Source of the DNA: Patescibacteria group bacterium
GTDB taxonomy: Bacteria; Patescibacteriota; WWE3; UBA101185; 2-01-FULL-41-18
Direction of reading: 5' to 3'
DNA: 64,000 nt
Assembly: GCA_038064575.1 (NCBI GenBank)
Contig: JBBTST010000002.1
Coordinates: 9,992 to 73,991, forward strand
Made by a program: the position numbers and the translations under genes. Positions 47,915 to 58,913 of the stretch are shown here, one piece after another; positions within the stretch are counted from its first letter, which is position 1, and each line of letters starts with the position of its first letter. The notes below the pieces were generated by a model. That model had not been told where the DNA came from. It searched no databases and saw only the letters and a program-made list of their open reading frames with translations.

Positions 47915-49144
47915 ATGTATAAAAACTGGGATCAACAGAAGAAGACTTTGCTTGATGTGATAGCAAAAGGTGAATGCGCTACTATACAAATTGTTGGCGG
48001 AACAAACTATTCCATCTTCTTTAGAAACATGCATTCTGACTTAATCCTTAAAAAAAGTATACTTCCAGTGTTTGTTGATTTGAACCACCTTTCTTATGTA
48101 AATTTGAGAAATATTCAAAACCTGGTTATTACAGGTTTTAGAAGGGCCTTAAATGAGAAGAGATACCCTTCTAGAGTAGAGTCAAACATTACCCCTCAAT
48201 CTGATTTGGCTCATAAAATTGAACAGTATTTAGAGGAGGCTTCATTAAGAAACCTTACGCCTGTAGTATTTATGGAAGATCTAGATGTGATTTTGAGCCT
48301 TGGAACTGAAGCTTTTGCGTACTTTGAAAGTCTTAGAAGGCTTTACAAAAAATGCTCATTTTTATATTTGTCAAAAACAAACTTGTCCCATCCGGACAAT
48401 GTTAAAAAATACAGGTTGGCTCCACACCTTTATGAAAATGTCATTTACATGCCTATAAAAGATGAAAGGTATCTAAAATCATTAGAAAAGGGCACTTCTC
48501 CTAAAACCTTCAAAAGAATATATTCTCTTACAGGAGGTATTGATTCTTTTTTTTCAGTAGCTATGGATCTTAAGAACAATCTTGTGCCCAGAGAAAGGAA
48601 AAATATTGAAAAACATATTATCAGTAATTGGCACTTAAGAAGTGAAGTTCATAAACTTTGGGACAGCTTAAGTCAAAGTGAGATTAAGGTTTTATGCCAT
48701 ATTGTTTGGGGAGTGAATGAGTTTGAGAAAGAGCTTGAGTATGATTTTAAGCACCTGCTAAATCTTGGAATAGTAGAAAAACATAGAAACGGTTTTAGGA
48801 TAGTTATTGGTTTGCTTAGGCTGGTTGGAGTTGAAAAAATTAATAAGTATGGTCTTACAGTTGAATTTAATAAAGATAAGTTTTTGGTGAATGGTACCAG
48901 CATTTCCTTGAACCTCTCTGATCCTGAGAGAAAGGTGCTAAAGCAATTTGTAACAAACAAGAATAAAATAGTGGCAAGAGGAGATATTGTTAAATCTATA
49001 AATAGCAGGGCAAAATCAAAAAACGGAGAGAGTATTGTAGAGCAAACTGTTTCTAGACTTAAAAATAAATTATCCGATGTTTGGATCAATCCTAACAATT
49101 TGGTTTCAGTTGAAGGTAGAGGTTTTATTTATAGGGAAGCCTAA
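47915..49144 (+). CDS. Degenerate AAA/P-loop domain plus C-terminal OmpR-type winged-helix regulator
   Basis: VVFMEDLD Walker-B-like segment, no GKT; C-terminal LSDPERKVL...IVARGDI...VEQTVSRLKNKL...SVEGRGF. Confidence 0.7.
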   Translation: MYKNWDQQKKTLLDVIAKGECATIQIVGGTNYSIFFRNMHSDLILKKSILPVFVDLNHLSYVNLRNIQNLVITGFRRALNEKRYPSRVESNITPQSDLAHKIEQYLEEASLRNLTPVVFMEDLDVILSLGTEAFAYFESLRRLYKKCSFLYLSKTNLSHPDNVKKYRLAPHLYENVIYMPIKDERYLKSLEKGTSPKTFKRIYSLTGGIDSFFSVAMDLKNNLVPRERKNIEKHIISNWHLRSEVHKLWDSLSQSEIKVLCHIVWGVNEFEKELEYDFKHLLNLGIVEKHRNGFRIVIGLLRLVGVEKINKYGLTVEFNKDKFLVNGTSISLNLSDPERKVLKQFVTNKNKIVARGDIVKSINSRAKSKNGESIVEQTVSRLKNKLSDVWINPNNLVSVEGRGFIYREA

Positions 49145-51217
49145 TAAGTAAACTTTTGACATTGCCCTTGAAATGGCTACAAAGCTTTTAAATGCTCCTT
49201 CTATCTTGTCCTTCAGTTCCAAAGCATTAATGTTCAAGAAAAAAACGCTATCAAACTCAAGACCCTTGACTAAGTTTAAGGGTACCACATAAACGCTATC
49301 TTTTTTAAAGTTATCAAAGAACTGAGTTATTAACTCATGCTCAAGATTTGGGTTTTTAAGCTTTTTGGTCACAGACTCAGCATCTAAGTCATTTGTCAGT
49401 ATAATTCCTATTGATTTAAGCTCTTTTGCCCTGATACTTTTGATTTCTTTGGTAATATACTCTAAAGCTTCATTTAAATTTTTGAACTGTTGCTCAGTTG
49501 GTATGAGTCCATCTCTTGAAACGGGTTGAGGTAAATTTTGAGTTATCCCAGCTTTGATAAGTTCTTTTTTAGCTCTATCTATTATCTGCCTTGTAGATCT
49601 GAAACTGATTTGAAGATTGAAAGTCTTTGTTGAATCTGAAAATATTTCTATAACCTCACTCCAGTCTTTTATAGCTGTTTTTTTTGAAATGGATTGATTT
49701 AGATCGCCAAAAAAGTTGAAGCAGTTTTTGGTGGAGAAGGTTTTAACACACATATAGGAAAGAGAGTTAAGATCTTGTGCTTCATCTAAGAGTACCAAAT
49801 TATAGTCTTCACGATTTGGTAAAAAGCCTAGTTTATAACATACAAGATAAATGGCACTTAGATGATTTTCATCATAAGTATTGGGTTCAAAATTAAAATT
49901 TTGTTTCAGGAAGCTTAAATATTTTTCTTCTAGCTTAAAATCCCCTAAAAATGAAATTATGTTTTTTTCAAGGTAACCTAATGTCCTGACTCTTCTTTCA
50001 AGGTAGTCGCTTTTGCCCTCATATCTGATTTCTTTTTTTACTTCTCTTAGCTCCTCTTTTACTTCTGTTAAGAGAATTAAAATTTTGTCAAATATTGGTC
50101 TTTGGCTAAACCGGTCATAAATTCTAATTATATTTTTAAATTCTAAAGAATCCCTATCTGCCAAAATAGTGATTTCAAAATTGATTTTTGCATCTTGGGA
50201 TAACTTTAGAATAAACTGTTCCAGGCATTTTAAAAAATAATGAATATCATAAAATATGATATCTTTAGTCAGCTGAGCACTTATTTTTTTTTGCAGTTTT
50301 ATCTTATTCTGATCAAGAAGTTCTTTCAGATATTCCAACAAACTGGCCTTTTTAATGTTATATATATCAAGTTCAGGTAAGCTTTTTGACAAATAATTAA
50401 TGAGTACTTTGGATGTTGAGAGGAATAAAGTTTCAGAAGGTAAAATTTTGTCTTTAAAATTATAAAAAATATAAGAAATTCTGTGTATTGCAATAGTTGT
50501 TTTTCCGCTGCCGGCTACCCCTTGAACCAAGATATTTTCAAACGGGGAGTGTCTTATAATTTTGTTTTGATCCGACTGAATTGTTTCTATTATGTCCTCA
50601 AGCCCACCTCCTTTTTTGGCTTCAAGTTTAGACAGCAGGAATGCGTCCTTGCTAATGTTATCAATTAAGCTGTCATCATAAATGTTAATTATTTTTTGAT
50701 TTTCTACTTCTATGGTACGCCTAATGTCTAAGTCACAGTTTAAGGTTTCATCTTTATCAAGTGCGTTAAAAGCCGTTCTGTCAAAGCTTACATGCTTTGT
50801 TGCAAACGCGAAGTTATAGTAAAGGGAGGCAATTGGGGCTCTCCAATCTGTTATGCCAAGATTCTTTTTGTACCCGGAAAAACCCATTTTTCCTATGTAG
50901 TGTGTTTCTGTTGAATTGTCTTTATAAAGGTGTACATCAATTCTTGAAAAGTAAGGGTTATGCAGAATTTTTGTGAGTTTTTCCAGGTATTCTTTTCTTT
51001 GCCTGTAGCCTTTTCTCCCCATTGCTTTGATAGCAATGCCCATGGACTCAATAACATCATCTCTTTTTTTTTCTTGTGAGGCTTCTTTTATGTCTTCTTC
51101 ATACCTTTTGTACAAGTTGGATAGAGCAGTTTCTTCACTTTCAATAAAGCCATTTAGCTCTTGTAACCGCTCTATTAAAGCTTCATTTTCCACTTTGTAA
51201 ATTTCATCTTTGCTCAT
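49106..51217 (-). CDS. HelD-like SF1 helicase (RNA polymerase recycling factor family)
   Basis: PYFSRID, ITDWRAPIASLYY, DIIETIQSDQNKIIR, QGVAGSGKTTIAIHR, DEAQD, KGLEFD. Confidence 0.88.
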   Translation of the reverse strand: MSKDEIYKVENEALIERLQELNGFIESEETALSNLYKRYEEDIKEASQEKKRDDVIESMGIAIKAMGRKGYRQRKEYLEKLTKILHNPYFSRIDVHLYKDNSTETHYIGKMGFSGYKKNLGITDWRAPIASLYYNFAFATKHVSFDRTAFNALDKDETLNCDLDIRRTIEVENQKIINIYDDSLIDNISKDAFLLSKLEAKKGGGLEDIIETIQSDQNKIIRHSPFENILVQGVAGSGKTTIAIHRISYIFYNFKDKILPSETLFLSTSKVLINYLSKSLPELDIYNIKKASLLEYLKELLDQNKIKLQKKISAQLTKDIIFYDIHYFLKCLEQFILKLSQDAKINFEITILADRDSLEFKNIIRIYDRFSQRPIFDKILILLTEVKEELREVKKEIRYEGKSDYLERRVRTLGYLEKNIISFLGDFKLEEKYLSFLKQNFNFEPNTYDENHLSAIYLVCYKLGFLPNREDYNLVLLDEAQDLNSLSYMCVKTFSTKNCFNFFGDLNQSISKKTAIKDWSEVIEIFSDSTKTFNLQISFRSTRQIIDRAKKELIKAGITQNLPQPVSRDGLIPTEQQFKNLNEALEYITKEIKSIRAKELKSIGIILTNDLDAESVTKKLKNPNLEHELITQFFDNFKKDSVYVVPLNLVKGLEFDSVFFLNINALELKDKIEGAFKSFVAISRAMSKVYLLGFPINKTSTFN

Positions 51218-51348
51218 AGGTAAATTTTAAGTTTATTTGTTCAAATGACAAGTCTATCTTGATTTGCTGTGTTACAATATGATCGCAGCGTGTACTTATG
51301 GGAAAAGGCTCCTCTTTTTTTCTTTTTTATTCCTGGTAAACTTCCAAT

Positions 51349-53421
51349 ATGTTTGTGTTATCTTCGGATTTTAAGCCTACGGGAGATCAACCCAAAGCAA
51401 TTGAGGCTCTAACCAAGTGGTATTTGGAGGGTGTATCAAATTCCGTTCTTCTTGGAACAACCGGATCAGGCAAGACTTTTTCAGTGGCCAATTTGATCCA
51501 AAATGTTCAGAAGCCAACGCTTATTATTTCTCACAATAAAACATTGGCGGCGCAGCTTTACCAGGAGTTCAGGGATTTTTTTCCTGACAACGCTGTTGAG
51601 TATTTTGTGAGTTATTATGATTATTATCAGCCTGAAAGTTATATTCCACAGACGGATACTTATATTGAGAAAGATGCGGATATTAACGAGGAGATTGATA
51701 AGTTAAGACTGTCTGCAACAAATTCTTTAATTACCAGAAAAGATGTAATAGTTGTGTCTTCAGTATCATGTATCTATAACATAGGCTCACCAACTGAGTA
51801 TTCCAAAGCTATGCTTGAACTTAGAGTGGGTATGAAAATTCGTACAGTAGATATGCAAAAAAGGCTATCTCAGATTTATTATGAAAGGTCAGATTTTGAT
51901 TTTAAAAGAGGAACATACAGAGTTAGAGGAGAAAATGTTGATGTGTACCCGGCTTATGATGATTTTTGTGTGAGACTTACAGTTCTTGATGATAAGCTTA
52001 CAGATATTGGCTATTTTGATCCGTTGACAGGAAATGAGATTAGAGTTGTAGACCAACCGTTTGAAAGACAGGGAAGTTCTATGAGGGCTCTAACACAAGA
52101 TGAAAAAGACTATCTGGTTCATAGATATAGAGATAAAAGTTTTACAATAATATTTCCCGCCAAACACTACATTACTGCTGAGGATAGAAGGGAAGGTGCA
52201 ATTAAACAAATTGAAGCCGAGTTAGTTGAGAGGCTAAAGGAGTTAAGGTCACAGGAAAGAAATATTGAGGCCTACAGACTAGAACAAAGAACCAATTATG
52301 ACCTTGAAATGATTAAAGAAATTGGATATTGCAAAGGAATAGAGAATTATTCAATCTATTTTGATGGAAGAGAGCGGGGGAGCACACCTAATACACTCAT
52401 TGACTTTTTTCCAAAAGACTACCTTTTGATAATTGATGAGTCACATATAACGGTTCCTCAGGTAAGAGGAATGTATAACGGTGACAGATCAAGGAAGGAG
52501 ACTTTAATTGAACATGGGTTTAGACTGCCTTCAGCGCTTGATAACAGACCACTCAAATTTGATGAGTTCTTGAGAAAAACTAAGCAGGTGGTTTATACCA
52601 GTGCTACGCCTTCCGCTTGGGAATTATCTTTATCTGAAGGCCATATTGCACAGCAGTTGATAAGGCCTACAGGGATTATGGATCCCAAAATAACTGTTCT
52701 TCCCACAAAAGGGCAGATTGAAGACTTGCTTAAAAGAATTAAGCTACGTGTTTCCCGTAAAGAGCGTACTTTGGTTACAACTTTAACAAAGAGAATGGCT
52801 GAAGAATTAGCCTCCTACTTACTTGAAACGGGGTTGAAGGCAACTTACTTACACTCTGATATTGAAACCCTTGAGAGGACGGATATTCTTGATAGCCTAA
52901 GAAGAGGAGATTATGACGTGCTAATAGGAATAAATCTTCTAAGGGAGGGATTGGATCTTCCTGAGGTTTCATTGGTTGCCATAATGGATGCGGATAAGGA
53001 GGGCTTCCTGCGATCCGATACATCTCTTATACAAACTATGGGAAGAGCAGCTCGTCACATAATGGGAGAGGTAATCATGTATGCAGATAATGTAACGGGA
53101 AGTATGCAACGCGCCATTTTTGAGGTTGAAAGGAGAAGAGAAATTCAAGATGCCTATAATCAGGAACATGGTATTGTGCCCTCTGCAATTCATAAACCAA
53201 TAAGAAAAAGACTTGTAGATATTGTGCTGGAAGAATCTGAAGATTTAGGGAAGAGGAAAATTGAAGAGACAGATTATGCATTCCTATCTCCGAGCGTGTT
53301 AAGAAAAGAGATAAAAAGGCTTGAGCTTGAGATGAAATATCAAGCGGACAATTTAAACTTTGAGGATGCTGCAAAACTGAGAGATGAAATTAAAAAAATC
53401 AGAAAGTATTTAATTCATTGA
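51349..53421 (+). CDS. uvrB: Excinuclease ABC subunit B
   Basis: PTGDQPKAI, GTTGSGKTF, YFVSYYDYYQPE, DESH, GINLLREGLDLPEV. Confidence 0.98.
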   Translation: MFVLSSDFKPTGDQPKAIEALTKWYLEGVSNSVLLGTTGSGKTFSVANLIQNVQKPTLIISHNKTLAAQLYQEFRDFFPDNAVEYFVSYYDYYQPESYIPQTDTYIEKDADINEEIDKLRLSATNSLITRKDVIVVSSVSCIYNIGSPTEYSKAMLELRVGMKIRTVDMQKRLSQIYYERSDFDFKRGTYRVRGENVDVYPAYDDFCVRLTVLDDKLTDIGYFDPLTGNEIRVVDQPFERQGSSMRALTQDEKDYLVHRYRDKSFTIIFPAKHYITAEDRREGAIKQIEAELVERLKELRSQERNIEAYRLEQRTNYDLEMIKEIGYCKGIENYSIYFDGRERGSTPNTLIDFFPKDYLLIIDESHITVPQVRGMYNGDRSRKETLIEHGFRLPSALDNRPLKFDEFLRKTKQVVYTSATPSAWELSLSEGHIAQQLIRPTGIMDPKITVLPTKGQIEDLLKRIKLRVSRKERTLVTTLTKRMAEELASYLLETGLKATYLHSDIETLERTDILDSLRRGDYDVLIGINLLREGLDLPEVSLVAIMDADKEGFLRSDTSLIQTMGRAARHIMGEVIMYADNVTGSMQRAIFEVERRREIQDAYNQEHGIVPSAIHKPIRKRLVDIVLEESEDLGKRKIEETDYAFLSPSVLRKEIKRLELEMKYQADNLNFEDAAKLRDEIKKIRKYLIH

Positions 53422-53446
53422 CCTTGGCCTTTCAAAAAAATATAAT
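53418..53446 (+). promoter_or_regulatory. Sigma70-type promoter for the PBP1A gene
   Basis: TTGACC-N17-TATAAT. Confidence 0.6.
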
Positions 53447-53507
53447 CGCATCAAGTTCAATCCAATTATAGAAACTGAAAAGTGATTTTCCTGCCTGCTT
53501 TTAAGAT

Positions 53508-55907
53508 ATGGTGAGGAGGGTGCTGCCTAAAAACATAAGAGAACAAATATTTAACTCAATTTGGAACCTGCCTGTTTTACTCTCAAACTTTCTAGTTGAG
53601 GGGTTGTTTTTTATTCAGGATAAGCTTACTTCCGATTATTATTACATGGCCTCAAATTTTACTAAATACTTGGTTAAGATTAAGTTATACACTTTACACT
53701 CTTTTAAGAAGTTTAAAAGTGTGAGTGTGAAAGGTCTCTTAAGAGTTAATCTTTCTCCAAAGCATTTTTTGATTGAATGGGTTAAAAGATATTCAAAAAA
53801 TATTCTAAAGATAAAAAAAAGGCTGTTGAGCTTTAGGTTCCATCTTAAAAGACTTAATAAAAAAAAGGATAAAAATAAACAAACAAAATATTCTAAAATC
53901 AGGAACACTATTAGGAGAAAGAGAGTTCCAAGATGGTTTATATGGTCTATGTTTGGATCTATTACAACAATTATTTTTGTGGTTTTGCCATTAAGCTTAT
54001 ATATTTGGTTTAAAAGCCTTCCTAAGCCTGAATTAATAAATGAGAGTATTACAAAGTGCACTAAGCTTTTAGACAGAAAGGGTAAATTGCTATATGAGAT
54101 ATGCCCTGAAAAAAGAAGTGATCCCATAGAGCTTAGCCTAGTTTCCCCTTTTGCAATTAGTGCAACTATAGCAATAGAAGATGCTGATTTTTACAAACAT
54201 AACGGCTTTAAACTTTCAAGTATATTAAGAGCTGCTAATGAAACGTTCTTTAAAAAAAACCTTCAGGGGGGATCTACTATAACTCAGCAACTTGTGAAAC
54301 TTTCTTTACTTTCACCAGAAAGAACATTTTCACGTAAAATTAAGGAGCTAATTTTGGCTATTCTTGTTGAGAAGAAATATTCAAAGGACGAGATATTAAG
54401 TCTATACTTAAATAACACCCCATATGGGGGAAATCTGGTGGGGATTGAATCTGCTGCTCAGAAGTTTTTTGGAAAGAAAGCTCTTGATTTAGACTTATCA
54501 GAAGCGTCATTACTTGCGGGTTTACCTACAGCTCCCGGTATTTATTCTCCCTTTGTTTCATTAAGTTTGGCAAAAGATAGGCAAAAAATTGTTTTGGACA
54601 GAATGCTGACGCTTGGGCTAATTTCACAAAAAGAATTGGAAGATGCTTATTCTAAAGAATTGCAATTTATAGAACAGGGAGATTATATAAGAGCACCGCA
54701 TTTTGTTGATTTTGTTAGAGGAGAATTAGAAAGAGCATACGGATCAAGATATGTTAACTTTGGCGGGTTAACAGTGATAACCACACTTGATTTAGTTACT
54801 CAAGAGAAAGTACAAGAAATTCTTGAAGAAGAGCTTGCAAAAATAGAAAATCTGAGAGTTTCAAATGGGGCTGTGGTTGTGCTGAGTGCAAAAACGGGTG
54901 AGATAGTGTCCATGGTTGGATCAAAGGATTATTTTGATATTGAGAATAATGGGGTATTTAATGCATCGATTGCGTATAGACAACCCGGATCATCCATTAA
55001 GCCTGTAACATATGCCCTTGCGCTGACAAAAGGCTTTAAAACCACCAGTTTGATTGAGGACTCGCCGCTTTCTATCAAAGATGGTAACTCTTATTACACA
55101 CCTGTAAATTATGACGGTAGGTTTCATGGAAAAGTGACCCTAAGACAAGCGCTGGCCAATTCATACAATATACCAGCGGTTAAAGTTTTGATGAGTTTAA
55201 AGCTTGATGATATGGTGAAACTTGCAAAAAACATGGGACTTCAAACATGGGAAGCTGATGGAAATTATGGTGTTTCCCTGACCCTAGGAGGTAAAGAAAC
55301 CAGGCTGTTGGATTTAACCAATGCGTACGCCACGTTTGCCAGAAGGGGCCAATACACATCAACAAAAGCTATTTTAAAAGTAACAGATGGTAAAGGCTAC
55401 ACAATATTTGATAGAGATTATCTACCTTTAGATACAAAAAAAGCTTTGTCGGCAGAAGTTTCTTATATTGTTACGGATATTCTTTCAGACAATGGTGCAA
55501 GACTTCCGGCGTTTGGAATGAATAATTTTCTGAGTGTACACAATCATAGAATTGCTGTTAAAACAGGAACAACAGATAATAAAAGAGATAACTATACGTT
55601 AGGTTATACACCTTCTGTTGCGGTGGGGGTGTGGGTTGGAAATAATGACAATTCTCCTATGAATCAGGCACTTGCTTCCGGCTTAACCGGGGCAGCTCCT
55701 ATTTGGAATAGGACGATGAGTTTTGTGCTAAATGATAAACAACCGGAAGATTTTGATGTCCCACCCGGTGTTGTTGTTAAAACATACCCGGAGTGCGGTA
55801 ATATCAGAGAGGTGTTTCTGAAGGGAACTGAGGCAAGAAGTTTAAACTGTTTTAGTGGTGAGGCTAAAAAAGAAGACAAAAATAAGAAAGAAAAGAAGAA
55901 GACTTAA
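53508..55907 (+). CDS. Class A PBP (transglycosylase-transpeptidase, PBP1A family)
   Basis: IEDADFYKH, GGSTITQQLVK, RKIKE, QPGSSIKP, SYN, KTGT. Confidence 0.95.
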   Translation: MVRRVLPKNIREQIFNSIWNLPVLLSNFLVEGLFFIQDKLTSDYYYMASNFTKYLVKIKLYTLHSFKKFKSVSVKGLLRVNLSPKHFLIEWVKRYSKNILKIKKRLLSFRFHLKRLNKKKDKNKQTKYSKIRNTIRRKRVPRWFIWSMFGSITTIIFVVLPLSLYIWFKSLPKPELINESITKCTKLLDRKGKLLYEICPEKRSDPIELSLVSPFAISATIAIEDADFYKHNGFKLSSILRAANETFFKKNLQGGSTITQQLVKLSLLSPERTFSRKIKELILAILVEKKYSKDEILSLYLNNTPYGGNLVGIESAAQKFFGKKALDLDLSEASLLAGLPTAPGIYSPFVSLSLAKDRQKIVLDRMLTLGLISQKELEDAYSKELQFIEQGDYIRAPHFVDFVRGELERAYGSRYVNFGGLTVITTLDLVTQEKVQEILEEELAKIENLRVSNGAVVVLSAKTGEIVSMVGSKDYFDIENNGVFNASIAYRQPGSSIKPVTYALALTKGFKTTSLIEDSPLSIKDGNSYYTPVNYDGRFHGKVTLRQALANSYNIPAVKVLMSLKLDDMVKLAKNMGLQTWEADGNYGVSLTLGGKETRLLDLTNAYATFARRGQYTSTKAILKVTDGKGYTIFDRDYLPLDTKKALSAEVSYIVTDILSDNGARLPAFGMNNFLSVHNHRIAVKTGTTDNKRDNYTLGYTPSVAVGVWVGNNDNSPMNQALASGLTGAAPIWNRTMSFVLNDKQPEDFDVPPGVVVKTYPECGNIREVFLKGTEARSLNCFSGEAKKEDKNKKEKKKT

Positions 55908-55964
55908 GCCTTTGGTTTACCCTTTACATCACCCGAAGAAATACCATATAATGCTCTTTGTTTT

Positions 55965-58913
55965 ATGAGCTACCTAAATAAAATTATAGTAAGAGGAGCC
56001 AGGCAGCATAACCTTAAAAACGTTGACCTTGAAATTCCTAAAAATAAAATGGTGATTTTTACAGGAGTTTCAGGTTCAGGTAAGTCCTCCATGGCAATGG
56101 ATACCATATACGCAGAAGGGCAAAGAAGATATGTGGAGAGTCTATCAGCTTACGCAAGGCAGTTTTTAGGCATAATGGACAAACCGGATGTTGATAGTAT
56201 TGAAGGCTTAGCACCCGCAATTGCAATTGACCAGAAAACCACTTCTCATAATCCTCGTTCTACAGTTGGTACTATTACGGAAATATATGATTTTTTCAGA
56301 CTTCTGTTTGCTAGAATTGGGCACCCTCACTGTCCAAATTGTGGAAGAGAAATAAAACAACAGTCTTCATCAGAAATTACACAAAAAATCTTGGAAATGA
56401 CTCCTTCCAAACGAGATAAAAAAGGTTTGAGAGCTCTTATTCTTGCTCCGCTGGTTAAGGATAGGAAAGGGGAGTATTTAAGCCTTTTTGAAAATTTAAA
56501 AAAGCAGGGTTATAGACACGTTAGAATAGACGGGAATATAAAAGTCTTATCAGGTGATTTGGGACTTATCAAGACTAATAAACATACAATAGAACTGGTT
56601 ATAGATAGAATAGTGTTGACCTCAGAAGTTATTGAAAGAAAAGACTTTTATTCAAGGCTTTTTTCATCAATTGAGGCTGCTCTGAAGTTTGGAAATGGTT
56701 ATGTTATTGTAGGTTTTGTATATGACAAAAACCTGGAGTTTCCAGAATTTCCCACTGAGTTTGAGGACCACCTGTTTTCTGAGCGATTTTCTTGTCCTAA
56801 TTGTAATATTTCTCTTCCGGAATTAGAGCCTAGAAGTTTTTCATTTAATTCTCCCCATGGTGCATGCACTTTCTGCGGTGGGCTTGGTACAACTCTTAAG
56901 ATAGATCCCACGCTCATTATTAATCCTAATCTTTCTGTTTTAGAGGGGGGTGTATTTCCATGGGCAAATATGGTTGAACATAATACTTGGATGTTAAAAA
57001 TTTTAGAAGCTGTAGCTTTGGAGTTTAAATTTTCACTCAAAGAGCCAATTAAAGACATGTCAGAGAAAAATAAGAAGGTTCTCCTGTATGGGGTAGACGA
57101 AAACTTCAGAATAAAAGTTAAGTCTGAAGGAGGGGGTTCTTACAACGCTCGTTTTGAAGGTGTAATTCCAAACTTGGAGAGACGGTACAAGGAAACTAAT
57201 TCAGAGTATATAAGAGGCGAAGTTGAAAAATATATGTACAAGGAACCTTGCAAAGACTGTCTAGGTGCAAGACTTAAAAAAGAGGCCTTATCAGTGGTAA
57301 TTGATAACTTCAACATTTTTGATATCTCCTCAAAACCTATAGTAGAAGTATCAAATTGGATAGATGCTATATTTTCAAAAAAGATTATTGGAGAGAGGGA
57401 ATCAAAAATTGCAACACCCATAATAAAAGAAATAAAAACCAGACTTACTTTTTTACTTGACGTTGGGCTTGATTATTTAAGTTTAAGCAGGGCTTCTGCA
57501 ACTTTAGCGGGGGGAGAAGCTCAAAGAATAAGGCTTGCTTCTCAAATAGGGTCCGGTTTATCCGGAGTTTTGTATGTGTTAGATGAGCCATCAATTGGTC
57601 TACATCAAAGGGATCAAAAAAGGCTTATAAAAACACTTCATCACCTGAGAGATCTTGGAAATACAGTTCTGGTTGTTGAACATGATATGGAAACAATGCT
57701 TGAGTCTGATTATATTGTTGATTTTGGTCCTGGTGCCGGGGAACATGGTGGGGAAGTAGTTGCTATTGGCACACCTGAAGAACTTAGAAACAATGCCAAG
57801 TCTCTGACAGGACTTTACTTAAGCGGAAAGCGCAAAGTTGGAGATGAGAAGCTTTTACTTAAAAGTGATTTAAGACTTAAGTTTTCAGATTCTTTGGTAA
57901 AAACAGGGAAAGAAATTCAAATTAGTGGTGCAAATGGGCATAATCTTAAAAATATCACTGTAACTTTTCCTCTGGGAAAGTTTATTTGTGTTACAGGGGT
58001 TTCAGGAAGCGGTAAATCCACGCTTGTAAATGAAACTTTATACAGAGCCTTAAGACAGGAATTTGGGTTAAAAAATGAAGAAAAGGCTAAGGAATATAAA
58101 AGTTTAATAGGCGCTTCACAAATTGACAATGTAATTGCGATTGACCAGTCTCCAATAGGAAGAACACCAAAGTCCAATCCAGCAACTTATACAAAAACTT
58201 TTGATTTCATCAGAGATCTTTTTTCTCAAACTAATGAAGCCAAGCTCAGAGGGTATGAACCCGGAAGGTTTAGTTTTAATGTAAAAGGGGGAAGGTGTGA
58301 AGCCTGCAGAGGTGAAGGTCAAATTAAGATAGAGATGCAGTTTATGCCGGATGTTTATATTAACTGTGAGGTGTGTGGGGGAAGAAGATATAACAGGGAG
58401 GCTCTTGAGATATATTATAAAGCTAAGAATATAAGCGATGTTTTGGATATGACAGTGGAGGAATCGTTAGAATTTTTTTCTAACATCCCACAGATAAGAA
58501 ATAAACTTGAAACTTTATATGATGTAGGGCTTTCATACCTTAAGCTTGGGCAACCAGCTCCCACTCTTTCAGGAGGAGAAGCTCAAAGGGTAAAGCTTGC
58601 AACTGAGCTTTCCAAACGGTCAACAGGAAACACTTTTTATATTCTTGATGAGCCCACAACGGGACTTCATTTTCATGATTTAGAACGACTTATTGCAATA
58701 CTTAAAAGACTTGTTGCTAAAGGTAATACCGTTCTAGTTATAGAACATAATATAGATGTGATTAGAAATGCCGATTATATAATAGATCTGGGACCTGAAG
58801 GGGGAGATAAAGGCGGGGAGCTTATTTTTTGTGGTGATATAAACGAACTACTAAAAAATAAAAAATCACACACGGCAAAAGTGCTAAAAGAAGAACTACA
58901 AAGGACCCAATAA
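55965..58913 (+). CDS. uvrA: Excinuclease ABC subunit A
   Basis: GARQHNLKN, two GxSGSGKS P-loops, zinc fingers, LSGGEAQR. Confidence 0.98.
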   Translation: MSYLNKIIVRGARQHNLKNVDLEIPKNKMVIFTGVSGSGKSSMAMDTIYAEGQRRYVESLSAYARQFLGIMDKPDVDSIEGLAPAIAIDQKTTSHNPRSTVGTITEIYDFFRLLFARIGHPHCPNCGREIKQQSSSEITQKILEMTPSKRDKKGLRALILAPLVKDRKGEYLSLFENLKKQGYRHVRIDGNIKVLSGDLGLIKTNKHTIELVIDRIVLTSEVIERKDFYSRLFSSIEAALKFGNGYVIVGFVYDKNLEFPEFPTEFEDHLFSERFSCPNCNISLPELEPRSFSFNSPHGACTFCGGLGTTLKIDPTLIINPNLSVLEGGVFPWANMVEHNTWMLKILEAVALEFKFSLKEPIKDMSEKNKKVLLYGVDENFRIKVKSEGGGSYNARFEGVIPNLERRYKETNSEYIRGEVEKYMYKEPCKDCLGARLKKEALSVVIDNFNIFDISSKPIVEVSNWIDAIFSKKIIGERESKIATPIIKEIKTRLTFLLDVGLDYLSLSRASATLAGGEAQRIRLASQIGSGLSGVLYVLDEPSIGLHQRDQKRLIKTLHHLRDLGNTVLVVEHDMETMLESDYIVDFGPGAGEHGGEVVAIGTPEELRNNAKSLTGLYLSGKRKVGDEKLLLKSDLRLKFSDSLVKTGKEIQISGANGHNLKNITVTFPLGKFICVTGVSGSGKSTLVNETLYRALRQEFGLKNEEKAKEYKSLIGASQIDNVIAIDQSPIGRTPKSNPATYTKTFDFIRDLFSQTNEAKLRGYEPGRFSFNVKGGRCEACRGEGQIKIEMQFMPDVYINCEVCGGRRYNREALEIYYKAKNISDVLDMTVEESLEFFSNIPQIRNKLETLYDVGLSYLKLGQPAPTLSGGEAQRVKLATELSKRSTGNTFYILDEPTTGLHFHDLERLIAILKRLVAKGNTVLVIEHNIDVIRNADYIIDLGPEGGDKGGELIFCGDINELLKNKKSHTAKVLKEELQRTQ

